From: a virus
Taxonomy: Duplodnaviria > Caudoviricetes
IMG/VR virus record: IMGVR_UViG_3300031999_000006
Location: 32,622 to 96,621 of that record
Length of the DNA stretch: 64,000 nucleotides
Reading direction: 5' to 3' (one strand)
Shown: positions 9,813-19,817 of the stretch, one piece after another
Layout: every line of letters begins with the position of its first letter
Position numbering within the stretch: position 1 is the first letter of the stretch
Made by a program: the position numbers and the translations under genes
The notes under the pieces: model-generated
Seen by the model: the letters and a program-made list of their open reading frames with translations, nothing else
What the model was told of the DNA's origin: nothing
Databases searched by the model: none

Positions 9813-10444
9813 CTTACCCCCACGATCTTGTGAGATTGGAATGATACCCGCCAAAGTGGTCGCTCCTTAGCGGCCCTGACGCAGATCTCTATTGCACTCT
9901 TGATCCTCTCCATGAAGTCAGCTACTTGCTCAGGCATTCCAGTAACTTTCCGAAGGTCATACTCAGGAAGTATCGGTTGAAGATAAAAGAATCGGAATCT
10001 CTTCTTCTCATATACTTCCAAGTTCTGAGTGCCATCGTATAGAAGTTTCAACTCATCTCCTTCCGACTGAATAAATTCTTCCGACTTCGGAGAGACTGTT
10101 ATCCAATCAAGAGGCAGATGGAAAGGATGGATATAGTTGGTCCCATTTGTTTCCATAGCGACTTGATACTCATAGTGTCGTAGACACTGCACCAGGTGCT
10201 GAAGATCCTCGAAAGGTTGGATAGTTGGCTCACCTCCGGTCAGGATAACAAACTTGGACTTGAACTCTCGGACCTTGTCCATGATCTCCTTGATTGAAAG
10301 TTCCATTCCATCCTTCCAGGAATACTTGGTATCACAGAACGAGCAACTCAAGTTACACCCAGTGAATCTGATGAAGATTGCTACTCGTCCGGCATTGTTG
10401 CCTTCGCCCTGTACTGACTCAAAAATCTCATTAACCTTTAACAT
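9809..10444 (-). CDS. queE: 7-carboxy-7-deazaguanine synthase (radical SAM)
   Basis: EIFESVQGEG, FIRFTGCNLSCSFCDTKYSW, LTGGEP, ETNGT, TVSPK, SFQSHK. Confidence 0.92.
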   Translation of the reverse strand: MLKVNEIFESVQGEGNNAGRVAIFIRFTGCNLSCSFCDTKYSWKDGMELSIKEIMDKVREFKSKFVILTGGEPTIQPFEDLQHLVQCLRHYEYQVAMETNGTNYIHPFHLPLDWITVSPKSEEFIQSEGDELKLLYDGTQNLEVYEKKRFRFFYLQPILPEYDLRKVTGMPEQVADFMERIKSAIEICVRAAKERPLWRVSFQSHKIVGVR

Positions 10445-10841
10445 GGTGACCTCCAAACAAAGACTTACTGGGAAGAGGCGGACGCATTCTAAGTTCTCGA
10501 CCAAACTCATCCGGTGTGATCAATAGACGGGTCTTACCAGGAGCCAACCAGTCTGTCATACTCTTCACTTCCTCGGCAAAGTCTGGTTGGGAAACCAATC
10601 TCTTGACTATGTCCAGGATTGCCTCCGACGAGAGATTACAAACTCTTGTTAATGTTAAGTGGCAGAAGTTTATCTCCGTAGTTAACCGAAGATCTAAAGG
10701 AGGAGTCAATCGTTTGGTAGTTCCCAAAAGAAACTTTGTTGCCCGGGCAAGTTCCATATAGGACACCAGATGACCAACCACCTGATCAAAGGGATCTATC
10801 TTTTTCTTAATGGGAGTTTGAGGAATAGCAGACTTATTCAC
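10431..10841 (-). CDS. Hypothetical protein
   Basis: Coupled ORF in the operon. Confidence 0.5.
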   Translation of the reverse strand: MNKSAIPQTPIKKKIDPFDQVVGHLVSYMELARATKFLLGTTKRLTPPLDLRLTTEINFCHLTLTRVCNLSSEAILDIVKRLVSQPDFAEEVKSMTDWLAPGKTRLLITPDEFGRELRMRPPLPSKSLFGGHHVKG

Positions 10842-11035
10842 AACGTCTCCTTCCTAATCTTAGGATAGTCATGAATCTTCTTAATTCCTCTCTTCTTCAG
10901 TATATAGTATATTGACCCCTGCTTCAAGCCCACTCGTCCGCCGATCTGCCTCTGAGTGAATCCTCGCCGATAGAGGTCAACTATATGATCATTCCTCTCT
11001 TCCCGTTCTCTCGAAGGTAACCAGTGCATGATCAA
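10838..11035 (-). CDS. Small HTH DNA-binding protein
   Basis: RNDHIVDLYRRGFTQRQIGGRVGLKQGSIYYIL. Confidence 0.65.
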   Translation of the reverse strand: MIMHWLPSREREERNDHIVDLYRRGFTQRQIGGRVGLKQGSIYYILKKRGIKKIHDYPKIRKETL

Positions 11036-11256
11036 CCTCTCTTCAAACGATAGACATATTCAATAGTACCAGTGGTGTCGGCCCACTTCTTAGTTGCCGT
11101 CCGCATCCTCTCCACTATACCTTTCCTATCGAGTGCCCGAAGTTCATTCTTAGTCATGCCTGCATCACCATTGTGAATGAACTTCGTACCCATGATCTGA
11201 AAGGCCTGTTGAACTTTAAGGATCAGTTCGTTAGTCACTCTTACTTTGTGTGCCAT
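11032..11256 (-). CDS. Hypothetical, possibly winged-helix protein
   Basis: ELRALDRKGIVER...YVYRL. Confidence 0.4.
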   Translation of the reverse strand: MAHKVRVTNELILKVQQAFQIMGTKFIHNGDAGMTKNELRALDRKGIVERMRTATKKWADTTGTIEYVYRLKRG

Positions 11257-11620
11257 CGTGTTTCCTTTCCTCATAATGTGGCATATCATCAAGATCCGTT
11301 CTGCCTATGTCTTCAAAGTGCATAATTGCCATGAGGTTGAAGATTGCCTGCCCCAGGTGGTCCTCATCGGTCATGCCCATCTTGAACTGAGTGATGTGTC
11401 TTTGAGCAGAATCAATGAAACGAGAGAACGGCATCCCCTTCTCCCAGTTCCTGGCGGCATACTTAAGCTCACCCTTCTCCATGATACGAGCCAGGCGCTG
11501 TTCCATATAGGGAGAGATCAGAACATATTTTCCCTTGCCCGTCTTCACTTCCTCAATAGCCCCAGTGTTGTATGTCTTCCTTTCCCCTTCGTCCTTCATG
11601 CCAAACTTATCATCAGCCAC
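11231..11620 (-). CDS. dATP/dGTP diphosphohydrolase domain protein (DUF5664)
   Basis: GKGKYVLIS...GELKYAARNWEKGM...SAQRH...EDHLGQAIFN; GTG start inferred. Confidence 0.8.
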   Translation of the reverse strand: MADDKFGMKDEGERKTYNTGAIEEVKTGKGKYVLISPYMEQRLARIMEKGELKYAARNWEKGMPFSRFIDSAQRHITQFKMGMTDEDHLGQAIFNLMAIMHFEDIGRTDLDDMPHYEERKHDGTQSKSD

Positions 11621-12236
11621 TGGAATCCTCCTTCGGTATGAGGCTACGAATATATCTTGTTGATGATGATAGACGAAATACCCCCCAGTCGACCCATTCC
11701 AAAAAGTCCTTGAGGAGGAAGAGGAAAAGTGAGGACTCAATCTCTCCTGACTCACCACTATAGTGAGTCAAAGCATAGCACTCATGACGATAGACTCCGA
11801 ACAACTCTTTGAACTTGGCGAAGTCAGTTGATCTTAGAACCGCAACGTCCGCGGTTCGGAAGAGACGAAAGACGACCAGAGGCATCTTCCCCTCAGAAGC
11901 CTCCACTGCCTGACGTATCCATCCCCACAACTCACACTCGGCGGAGTAAAGTCCACAGAACAGGGGCTTGACTTTGGTATAGTTTTTACACTCAACTGCA
12001 AAAGGAAAACTATTATCCAACACCAACGCCTTCTCCTCTTCACGATCAAGGGGACTACCGGTAACAATATACTTTAGCGCCTTGAGATCACCCCGCACTT
12101 CGCCCTTTTTAGGGATGGGGTGGGAGTAAATTCTCTGAAACTCTCCTCCACCATCGGGATAGTAGGAGGCCGTTAGGATGTCACGTATTCGCCTTTCATA
12201 TGCACTACCCTTTGACTTACCACCACCTGCCCTCAT
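11613..12236 (-). CDS. Holliday junction resolvase (PD-(D/E)XK)
   Basis: KSKGSAYERRI...GDL...AVECKN...WIRQA. Confidence 0.75.
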   Translation of the reverse strand: MRAGGGKSKGSAYERRIRDILTASYYPDGGGEFQRIYSHPIPKKGEVRGDLKALKYIVTGSPLDREEEKALVLDNSFPFAVECKNYTKVKPLFCGLYSAECELWGWIRQAVEASEGKMPLVVFRLFRTADVAVLRSTDFAKFKELFGVYRHECYALTHYSGESGEIESSLFLFLLKDFLEWVDWGVFRLSSSTRYIRSLIPKEDSSG

Positions 12237-14173
12237 GACATGCCTCCTTCCTGTTGATTGACCAAAGTTGAGAATCCGTTTGACTTAGTTATGATCAATT
12301 CCTGAGAGAAGTAATCTCTAAACTCACTGAGATGGCTAATCACGTAGATCAGCTTTTCTCGAGACTCTTCCGCCAAAAGTCCAACCGCCCGCTCAATGCC
12401 CACTCGATCCAATGAGTCAAACACCTCATCTAAAACGATTAAGTTCGAGTTTGAGGCCCCGCGCTCATAGACCAGTGATTGAAGTGCCAACAGGATAGCA
12501 ACGTCAATCCTCCTCTTCTCACCACTCGAGCAGGCCGCGTAGTCAATCCGCTCACCGGCCTTGGTAATCCCCACATCGAACTTGTCCCGAGTATCCCCGC
12601 TTTTCAGAGTTGACTCGGTATCGAAGTCAATGGTGATCTCCTCATCCATCAAGGCATTCGCATAAAATGCTACTCGAGCATTTAACTGTGGGATAACTTC
12701 ATCAAGGAGAAGACTCTTGATCCCAGTATTTCCAAATCCCTCTTCCCAGAACCGGAGGAGTTGCTCTTCCATATTGAGTTCGCTCAACTGCCGATCAAGA
12801 TCATGAATCGTTTTCTCGTATGCAGAAATTCTCCCGCCTTCATAGTCTATACTTTTATGAAGTGCCTCTTCCTTTTCAGATAGGTTTTTCTGAAGATTGG
12901 AAATCTCTTGCTCGGTAATCCTAACTATGCCTTCAAGTTGCTTCGCCTCAAGGGCCTTTTCGGTATATGACTTCAATAGGGACGACAAGGTATCATCCAT
13001 TGAGGTCTTTGTTGCAACTATACTAGCGACTTCTTTGTCATACTTTGATCGAACTTCTTTCTCCTTCCCTTCAAACACGGAAACTTCAGAGGCCAACTCT
13101 ACCTGCTGAACTTTCAACTTGCCTATCTCTATGTCAAAGTGGGAGGTGACACCAGTCAATGAATCCGCAGTAATGTTCTGTCCACAGGTTGGGCATAAGG
13201 CCCCTGCCTTCATCCGCGAGGCATTAGACTTCTTGGTCTCCAAATCACGAATGGATCCCGAAGTTGATGCCAACAAAACTTTCTTCCCCATTCCAGAGTT
13301 CGTGATCTCACTAAGTGCAGATTGCTTTTCACGTTCTAGTTTCTGCACCATGGTAAAGATATTCTTGTTCTCAGCATCAAGGGCGGCATACTCTTTACGC
13401 CCCTCCTCCGCATCCTTTTGCTTTTCCTCCATCTTTGCCCTGGTATCACCAAGACCCGATCTCAACCAGCCGATGTGCTCTTCCGCCTCTGCCTTTTGAA
13501 GTTCCAACTGGGTTAACTCTTCCTCACGTTTAGCAAGAGTTTCACTAACCGCCTTCAACCCCTCTTCGGCGGCTTTGTGTTGAGTGTCATAGTCAGAGGA
13601 GGACTCCTTCAATTTCCTAAGATCCTCACGAACTTGCTTTTGTGCATCCTGATATTTCTGAAGCATGAGAATCTCGTCAAAGATTTGCTTCTTTTCAGAA
13701 TCCCTTGCCTCGGTGAACCTTTGGGCCTTCTCACCAAAGACAACTGCTGTTGAAAAGACCAACCAATTCATTCCCAGAATCGAGTCAATAATTACTTGAG
13801 TTTCCTTTGCCTCGGAGGATGTAAGTTCCTTGTCCCCCTTATAAAACAAAAGGGAGTGCTGGAGTTTCCTATCGTTTCGATACCGAGCAATCATGCAGGC
13901 CTCACCATGATCATCCTCAAAGATGATCTCGACCATGCAATCCTTTCCCACCGAACGATTAACTACATCCCCCTTGCCTACGTTGCGAAGCGTCTGTCCA
14001 TAAAGACCCCAACATAGGGCCTCAAAGACCGCTGATTTTCCCGCACCATTACTCGAACTGATTCTACCGTCCTCAATCTCACCACCAACGAATACCAGAC
14101 CATTGGGTGGGAAGGCAAGAGTGAACTCCTTAAAGCTCATGAAGTTTTTTGCTTGAAGTTGAAGGAATCTCAC
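12233..14173 (-). CDS. SbcC/Rad50-like (T4 gp46-like) recombination ATPase
   Basis: NGAGKS, Zn hook CPTCGQ, SSGEKRRID, LDEVFDSLD, ISH. Confidence 0.93.
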   Translation of the reverse strand: MRFLQLQAKNFMSFKEFTLAFPPNGLVFVGGEIEDGRISSSNGAGKSAVFEALCWGLYGQTLRNVGKGDVVNRSVGKDCMVEIIFEDDHGEACMIARYRNDRKLQHSLLFYKGDKELTSSEAKETQVIIDSILGMNWLVFSTAVVFGEKAQRFTEARDSEKKQIFDEILMLQKYQDAQKQVREDLRKLKESSSDYDTQHKAAEEGLKAVSETLAKREEELTQLELQKAEAEEHIGWLRSGLGDTRAKMEEKQKDAEEGRKEYAALDAENKNIFTMVQKLEREKQSALSEITNSGMGKKVLLASTSGSIRDLETKKSNASRMKAGALCPTCGQNITADSLTGVTSHFDIEIGKLKVQQVELASEVSVFEGKEKEVRSKYDKEVASIVATKTSMDDTLSSLLKSYTEKALEAKQLEGIVRITEQEISNLQKNLSEKEEALHKSIDYEGGRISAYEKTIHDLDRQLSELNMEEQLLRFWEEGFGNTGIKSLLLDEVIPQLNARVAFYANALMDEEITIDFDTESTLKSGDTRDKFDVGITKAGERIDYAACSSGEKRRIDVAILLALQSLVYERGASNSNLIVLDEVFDSLDRVGIERAVGLLAEESREKLIYVISHLSEFRDYFSQELIITKSNGFSTLVNQQEGGMS

Positions 14174-15189
14174 AGCAAGTACCTCCGCCCAGTTTCAATT
14201 AACAAATTCTCGTCAAGATCAGTGCCCCTTGACTTGACATATTTTGTAATCAAGTCCAAAGTTGAATCCGAAAAACTGATTGAAGTCCTTTTCTTCTTAT
14301 CCGACACCGCCTCAACCTTGACTCGTTTCCAATGGAATCGAGATAAATCAGGAATAGTTGACCCCTTGATGATAAACCGGAAAAAGTCGCGAGCGGCCTC
14401 CTCATCACTAATCGTGGGCAATTCGTCGCCGACCTCAACGATCGCCGTTCTAAAACGAGGAGAGACCGTATTAAGAAGTTGTTTGACCACCCCCTCATCC
14501 GTATCAAGGAATAGCCAGCCTTTTCCTTGATCCTGCTCCCCAAACGACAGCATCAGGGGTGAACCGATTGACCAGACAGTGGGTGACATTGACTTTTGAT
14601 CATGGAAGTGGCCCACGAAAGAGAACGGGAACCGATCGGCCAGTAACTCTGGATACAATCCCTTCTCAACCAGGAACTTTCCGTACATTGATCCTATCAT
14701 ATCTTGATGAAGGATAGCGATCGTTTTTGAAGTTCGGGGATGTGCCTTCAATTGATCATTGAGGGAGTCAATGTCTCGAGTAAAAGGAAAAATCTTGATA
14801 GTCCAGCCAAAGCATGTCACTTCATTATGAGTTCCGATAGTGGGTAGATGAATGTTTCCTGAAAACTCCGACAGTATTTCCAAAAGAATAGGATCACTTC
14901 CCCACCCACGATAGTCATGATTGCCCGGACAGATTACGATTGGGGCTATCTCCGAAAGTTCCTCCATCTTCTTCATGGTAAGTTTGATCACCTGAGAGTC
15001 CACAAAGTTTTTCAGATGAAAGATATCACCACCAAAAACAATCACGTCTACCTTAAGTTTCAGAGCATCCTCGGCAATCAGATCAAGGCATAGCAGATGC
15101 TCCAACAACCGGGAATTAACCCCCTCATTGATTGTCGAAAACTCTTGGTAATTGTGATCGTGAAGATCGGAGAAGATCAAGGTTCGCAT
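14170..15189 (-). CDS. SbcD/Mre11-like (T4 gp47-like) nuclease
   Basis: SDLH, GGDIFH, PGNHD, GHFH, GSP. Confidence 0.92.
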   Translation of the reverse strand: MRTLIFSDLHDHNYQEFSTINEGVNSRLLEHLLCLDLIAEDALKLKVDVIVFGGDIFHLKNFVDSQVIKLTMKKMEELSEIAPIVICPGNHDYRGWGSDPILLEILSEFSGNIHLPTIGTHNEVTCFGWTIKIFPFTRDIDSLNDQLKAHPRTSKTIAILHQDMIGSMYGKFLVEKGLYPELLADRFPFSFVGHFHDQKSMSPTVWSIGSPLMLSFGEQDQGKGWLFLDTDEGVVKQLLNTVSPRFRTAIVEVGDELPTISDEEAARDFFRFIIKGSTIPDLSRFHWKRVKVEAVSDKKKRTSISFSDSTLDLITKYVKSRGTDLDENLLIETGRRYLL

Positions 15190-15833
15190 ATAATTTGCCC
15201 CTCGTAGTCTAGGTCATCAAAGATCACAGGAAATCTATCTCGGAAGTTAAGAAGAATTTCCTGCATTAGCAATCGCATCTGGGGGTGAGCGTTCTTGGCA
15301 CATCTTTGACCAAATATCAATCTCCACTCCCGCAGGTTCGCAGTCATGACAATCTCGGTCTTTAGATCGTTGGGTAGGACACCTCGTGCCTTTTCAGCTC
15401 CCCAACCTAGTCGACGTAATGTGAAGTAGGCCACCTCGGCATTCTTCATAGCATGCTCCCAAGCTAACGATGCCTCACTATCAGTATCTTTACCAAAACT
15501 TAGCCACACAGGAAGGATTACGGTGATGGATCCTTCCTTACCATAGTCACACCATCTAGTCGACTCTTGTGAATACGAAGCGATTCGATGGCGTACCAAC
15601 TCATGGCTGACTCCCCGATTGGTAATGATTCTCACGGTGACTGAAACATGCTCGAGTACGGAAGTATGCCCAGCCTTAATTAACTTAGCAACGAAGAACC
15701 TAGCTGAGTCGTCCGTAATTCTATTCTCAGACTTATAGCAGGTACGACCAATTCTCTCCAACTGGTATAGTACCAGAGAGCCGGAGATTGGTACAGATTC
15801 CACAAACGAGAATGACTGCTTGATGATTCTCAT
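15177..15833 (-). CDS. thyX: FAD-dependent thymidylate synthase
   Basis: GHTSVLEH, RGVSHELVRHRIASYSQESTR, ARGVLP, NLREWR. Confidence 0.95.
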   Translation of the reverse strand: MRIIKQSFSFVESVPISGSLVLYQLERIGRTCYKSENRITDDSARFFVAKLIKAGHTSVLEHVSVTVRIITNRGVSHELVRHRIASYSQESTRWCDYGKEGSITVILPVWLSFGKDTDSEASLAWEHAMKNAEVAYFTLRRLGWGAEKARGVLPNDLKTEIVMTANLREWRLIFGQRCAKNAHPQMRLLMQEILLNFRDRFPVIFDDLDYEGQIICEP

Positions 15834-16747
15834 ACCTTACTCCTGTTCTGAAAAGCTAGAAAAGGTCCCATGAACCCCCCCACGTTCTCAAGTACACGAT
15901 CAAAGCCATACCGGTTGGCAATCTCGTAAATGTTTGTCAGGATATCCCCATCAGTTCCAGGAATGAATCCAGTGGCAATTTCCTCCTTAGTAATGGAACG
16001 AAACTCAATAAGATCAATCATCTTTTTATAGGTTTCGTATTGGTTGTCCAAAGCAGTAATTAAACCGGCATTCTTTTCAACCCATTCCTCGGGTGCACCG
16101 CCTTTCAAATACTCAATTAATTTCTTTGCTTTAGTGGGACCGATACCATAAACTCCAGGAAGATTATCACTTGGATCGCCAACCAGAGCTTTGTAATAGA
16201 GATAAAAGTCAATGGAGAATCCCAACTTGGCTTCGATCTCCTCCTTGGTATAGAGGATCTGCTTAATCGGTGAGTAGATAGCTACCTCAGGATAGTGAGC
16301 AACCAACTGAAACATATCCTCATCAGTTGAGATGATAAAGGCCTGCTCCTCCTCTCGGAGTGCAGGATTCAGCAAGCTGAAGATCACATCGTCAGCCTCG
16401 CGCCTTCGTACCCGGACTTGATCAATTCCCAACTTGGTAATACTATCCTTAAGTCGGTTCAACTGATCAAAGAAAATGTCTCGTTCCTTTTTCTCCGCCT
16501 CTGTCAATTCCTTATCCCGTTTCTTATACTCAGGATATATGGAAGTACGGGATTGATCATGCCCCCCATCCCATACCACCACCAGCCGATCAGGACTGAA
16601 AAGTTCAAGATAGTTCCGTAACATCATCAGACCTATCTTGATCACTTCGGTCCTTTGATCCTTATAAGATAGGGGGGACCGTCCATATGCCATCCAACCT
16701 AGATTGTTTCCATCAATCAGTAATAGTGAAGTAATCGTATCCATCAT
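15830..16747 (-). CDS. 5'-3' exonuclease / flap endonuclease
   Basis: LIDGNN, YPEYK, EADDVI, STDEDMFQL, LVGDPSDNLPGVYGIGP. Confidence 0.93.
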   Translation of the reverse strand: MMDTITSLLLIDGNNLGWMAYGRSPLSYKDQRTEVIKIGLMMLRNYLELFSPDRLVVVWDGGHDQSRTSIYPEYKKRDKELTEAEKKERDIFFDQLNRLKDSITKLGIDQVRVRRREADDVIFSLLNPALREEEQAFIISTDEDMFQLVAHYPEVAIYSPIKQILYTKEEIEAKLGFSIDFYLYYKALVGDPSDNLPGVYGIGPTKAKKLIEYLKGGAPEEWVEKNAGLITALDNQYETYKKMIDLIEFRSITKEEIATGFIPGTDGDILTNIYEIANRYGFDRVLENVGGFMGPFLAFQNRSKV

Positions 16748-16866
16748 GCCCTCCGAATCAGCTCAACAAATCTTTTCAGAAAGGCTCTAAGGCATCTTGG
16801 ACAGTAAACTCGGCCCTTTCGAAGCTTTGGTTTGCGAGTCTTTTTACCACACTCGTCGCAGATCAT
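16744..16866 (-). CDS. Small Zn-finger protein (40 aa)
   Basis: Hand-translated MICDECGKKTRKPKLRKGRVYCPRCLRAFLKRFVELIRRA; fills the gap with overlapping start and stop. Confidence 0.55.
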   Translation of the reverse strand: MICDECGKKTRKPKLRKGRVYCPRCLRAFLKRFVELIRRA

Positions 16867-17132
16867 TATTGACATAACTCCCCTACCTTCCTCAAGTCGG
16901 TTGAGGAAAAGACAGGCACTCCTTTGTATGACTCTCCGATCTCGGCATCGGTCACCGCAAACTCATCACCACTATGTGCCTTCATCCGAACTACATGAGT
17001 CCTGAGAAATGTGCTATCCCCCTCCACCACAAAACCTTTCGGCCGCTGACCTGATAGCTGATAGACAAGCTGACTGACCAAAGTACGATCACTACGACGT
17101 AGATACATCTTTAGGAGTATGCACTTATTCAT
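16866..17132 (-). CDS. Hypothetical protein
   Basis: Coupled ORF. Confidence 0.5.
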   Translation of the reverse strand: MNKCILLKMYLRRSDRTLVSQLVYQLSGQRPKGFVVEGDSTFLRTHVVRMKAHSGDEFAVTDAEIGESYKGVPVFSSTDLRKVGELCQ

Positions 17133-18082
17133 TTCTTGCCCACGAACTCTTCGTAATTCTTAGGAAAGTCCTCACTCCGAAACTTCTTAGTCTGTTCAGG
17201 AAACTTGTACCAGCCGGCAATGCTTTCCAACTCACCATGTCTGACCATGTAATCAAGCAATCCTGAGTAAGTGTCAATCGGTTTGTCTGTTAGCATCTCA
17301 AAGTTCACCACCCCGAAGGGCCGGCAAATCTTTGACTTCGCAACCTCTAAACGTCCTTTGTACCCGTCAAGTTCCTTGGTTGACTCATTCCTAATTGCCC
17401 CCGATAGGAAGCAGTGAAGGCGAAGGGAAGCAGTGAACTTGATCGCCTTACCGCCCACCGTCTCCGTTTTCTCTCCATACATAACCCCGATCTTGTCTCG
17501 GATCTGATTGATGAAGATCAGACAGATTTTACTTTGGTAAACCTTCGCCATGACTTGCTTGAGGCCGTCACCGATTACCTTTGCCCTTCGCATTGAGGCC
17601 TCACTACGACCAATCTCCTTCTCTAAGTCCTCAATTCCTGGAGTAGCGGCAACAGAATCCCAGATTATCGTAAGTAGCTGATCTGGGTCATCATCACGAA
17701 GCAGTTTCACACTTTCACCAATGACCTTGAAAACATCCTCAATAGTTTTTAACTGGGTATCAGGATCGGGATAGAAAAAGGTATCGTCCAACTTGACACC
17801 GGTCAGAGTTATCAACCCCTGATCAAGAGCGCGTTCGGTATCAATCAGGACGGCTCGACCACCTAGACGCTGAGTCTCAGCAATGACATGACAAGCGATC
17901 CTACTTTTCCCTGTACTGAAGTCACCATATATTTCGGACAGTTTCCCTGCAGGGATACCGCCTCCGATAACCCGATCAATAGCCAGGATACCAGTGGGCA
18001 CTCTGAACTTGACCAATTCACTAATACGATCGGCCAGATTGATAGTCCCCAGTTTATTGTGAAGATCACCTGTCTTAGTCAT
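17129..18082 (-). CDS. recA: RecA/UvsX recombinase
   Basis: EIYGDFSTGKS, IDTERA, WDSVAA, INQIRDKIGVMYG, GGKAIKF. Confidence 0.92.
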   Translation of the reverse strand: MTKTGDLHNKLGTINLADRISELVKFRVPTGILAIDRVIGGGIPAGKLSEIYGDFSTGKSRIACHVIAETQRLGGRAVLIDTERALDQGLITLTGVKLDDTFFYPDPDTQLKTIEDVFKVIGESVKLLRDDDPDQLLTIIWDSVAATPGIEDLEKEIGRSEASMRRAKVIGDGLKQVMAKVYQSKICLIFINQIRDKIGVMYGEKTETVGGKAIKFTASLRLHCFLSGAIRNESTKELDGYKGRLEVAKSKICRPFGVVNFEMLTDKPIDTYSGLLDYMVRHGELESIAGWYKFPEQTKKFRSEDFPKNYEEFVGKK

Positions 18083-18099
18083 TGTCTCACCTTTCACCT

Positions 18100-18167
18100 A
18101 AAAAAGAATCCGGACCGGAGGGAGGAAAGTTGGGCGCCACGATCGCTACCCCAGCCAGTCCGGATCC
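18100..18167 (-). terminator. Long-stem hairpin with U-tail after the SSB gene
   Basis: 13-bp stem (arms 18106-18118 and 18155-18167, two G-U pairs), 36-nt loop, followed by U6 on the mRNA. Confidence 0.5.
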
Positions 18168-18173
18168 TCACTG

Positions 18174-19334
18174 TTACTTTTTCCCTAACCGAGCCTTGGC
18201 GGCCTCGATCTTCTTCTTGATCTCGTCCAGCTTTTCCTGCGGCGGCGGGGTACTAGTCGCCTTCTCCGTAGGAGCCTTCGTGGTGGGCGGAACCGGTTTG
18301 GGGGCCGCTGGTTTAGGTTTGGGTGCCTCTTCCTTAGGCTTCTCAACCTTCGCCTTTTTCTCCGCCTCTTCCTTTGCCTGCTTAGTAGCAAGGGCCTTCC
18401 GTTCCTTAAGCTCCTTCATCTGGGCCTCAAGCTTAGCCATAGTGTCGTCCTCAGACTCAGCCGGGACCGCTTCCTCAGCCGCTTCCTCAGCCGCTTCCTC
18501 GACCACGTCCTCAGCCACTTCCTCAGCGCCCGCTTCGGCGGAAGTTTCTTCAGCGACCGGTGCCTCTTCGGCACTAGCCGCTTCGCGTTGCTTTCTCAGG
18601 TCGTCACGAAGAAGATCTCTCTCCTCCGCATTGCCAAAAGTCTTGATCGTCACCAAATCGAAGTCCGCTTCCGGATACAATGCCTTCACATCCAGGTCGA
18701 CGATCTGTTCTGCCCAGGCAGACATCTCTTCCTCCGTACCCAGCGGTGAGGGGTCGGTAGGATAAACATTGTACATAGACTGTGGTAGGGCCGTCTTGTC
18801 AAATACCAACATAAGATCCCGACCTGAAGTCTCGAGTTTACCGGACTTGTCGAACTTGTCGAACAAGTTGGACATCCTGCCCTTGGACGAGATGATCTGC
18901 ATGATCTTCTGGTAGACACCCTGTACCGGTGCCTCGTAGAGCTTCACTCCATCTTCCGGCTTTTCTCTGTCAATGACGTTGAAGACGCCGAACCTCTTGG
19001 GCCGGTACTTGTTGGCCTCCTCAGGTTGTTTGGCCTTGATCAAACGGAACATTTCTTCGCAGGCAGGACACTTTGTCCCGTAGGTCTCCCGGTTACAGAC
19101 GAACCGCTCGGTCTTGTCATCCTCGGCGTGCTTGATGAAGTGCACAGCCGCGTACAGGTGATAGGAAACCTTCGCTCCTGCCCGGGCGGGGAGGAGTCGG
19201 ATCTGGTTTCCATCGGGCCCACTCTTGGGTCTCCAGTGCTTCTCTGACCAGTCAAAGCCCTGAGCACGCTTTTTCTCCTGATCAACCACTCGTTGAGCCG
19301 ATTCAGTATCCGGCTCACCAAAAAGTTTTGCCAT
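18174..19334 (-). CDS. ssDNA-binding protein, T4 gp32-like, with acidic/Pro-Lys tail
   Basis: IRLLP...HF...FVC...CPAC...NVIDRE...GRDL core; low-complexity Glu/Ala C-terminus. Confidence 0.75.
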   Translation of the reverse strand: MAKLFGEPDTESAQRVVDQEKKRAQGFDWSEKHWRPKSGPDGNQIRLLPARAGAKVSYHLYAAVHFIKHAEDDKTERFVCNRETYGTKCPACEEMFRLIKAKQPEEANKYRPKRFGVFNVIDREKPEDGVKLYEAPVQGVYQKIMQIISSKGRMSNLFDKFDKSGKLETSGRDLMLVFDKTALPQSMYNVYPTDPSPLGTEEEMSAWAEQIVDLDVKALYPEADFDLVTIKTFGNAEERDLLRDDLRKQREAASAEEAPVAEETSAEAGAEEVAEDVVEEAAEEAAEEAVPAESEDDTMAKLEAQMKELKERKALATKQAKEEAEKKAKVEKPKEEAPKPKPAAPKPVPPTTKAPTEKATSTPPPQEKLDEIKKKIEAAKARLGKK

Positions 19335-19346
19335 TGGTTACCTCCT

Positions 19347-19814
19347 TTAAGGTTTGGCTAATTCTTGCTTCTTTATGTAAATAGACGGGTCTGCCTGCAC
19401 CCGCATATTTGAAGCCAACGAGATAAGGATGTCCTTCCGATGATAAAAGGACTCCTTAATCGCACCCAAGATACCAACGTTCTTCCGTGCCGTCGCAAAG
19501 TTCTCCTGGGCTCCCTGGAAGGTAGGATCCAAACGAATCCTGTTCTTAACCATGGTCTCAGTGACTTTGTCACCGGCCGACTCCTTCCGTATTCTCTCAT
19601 CCAGGATTGCCTCGGCCATCTCAAGTGTAGTCTTCGCCTCGGCCATCTCAGCCTGGGCGACTTCAGAGAGTACGGCATACCAAGCAAACAAACTTGGCTG
19701 GTCCTTCAGATCATCATTAATAGTCTCCTCACTGCACTTGAGTTCCTTCTGATAGTCGATGGTATATGTCTTCCCACCGACCACCATCTCAACGGGAAAG
19801 AATTCTTTATCCAT
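19347..19814 (-). CDS. UvsY-like recombination mediator
   Basis: Helical; KVTETMVKNRIRLDP...F..RKDILISLAS; adjacent to SSB and RecA. Confidence 0.6.
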   Translation of the reverse strand: MDKEFFPVEMVVGGKTYTIDYQKELKCSEETINDDLKDQPSLFAWYAVLSEVAQAEMAEAKTTLEMAEAILDERIRKESAGDKVTETMVKNRIRLDPTFQGAQENFATARKNVGILGAIKESFYHRKDILISLASNMRVQADPSIYIKKQELAKP

Positions 19815-19817
19815 GTT

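Noticed and set aside
11231-11620. 2-aminoadenine (Z) genome
   Set aside because: No PurZ/adenylosuccinate synthetase homologue is in the window.
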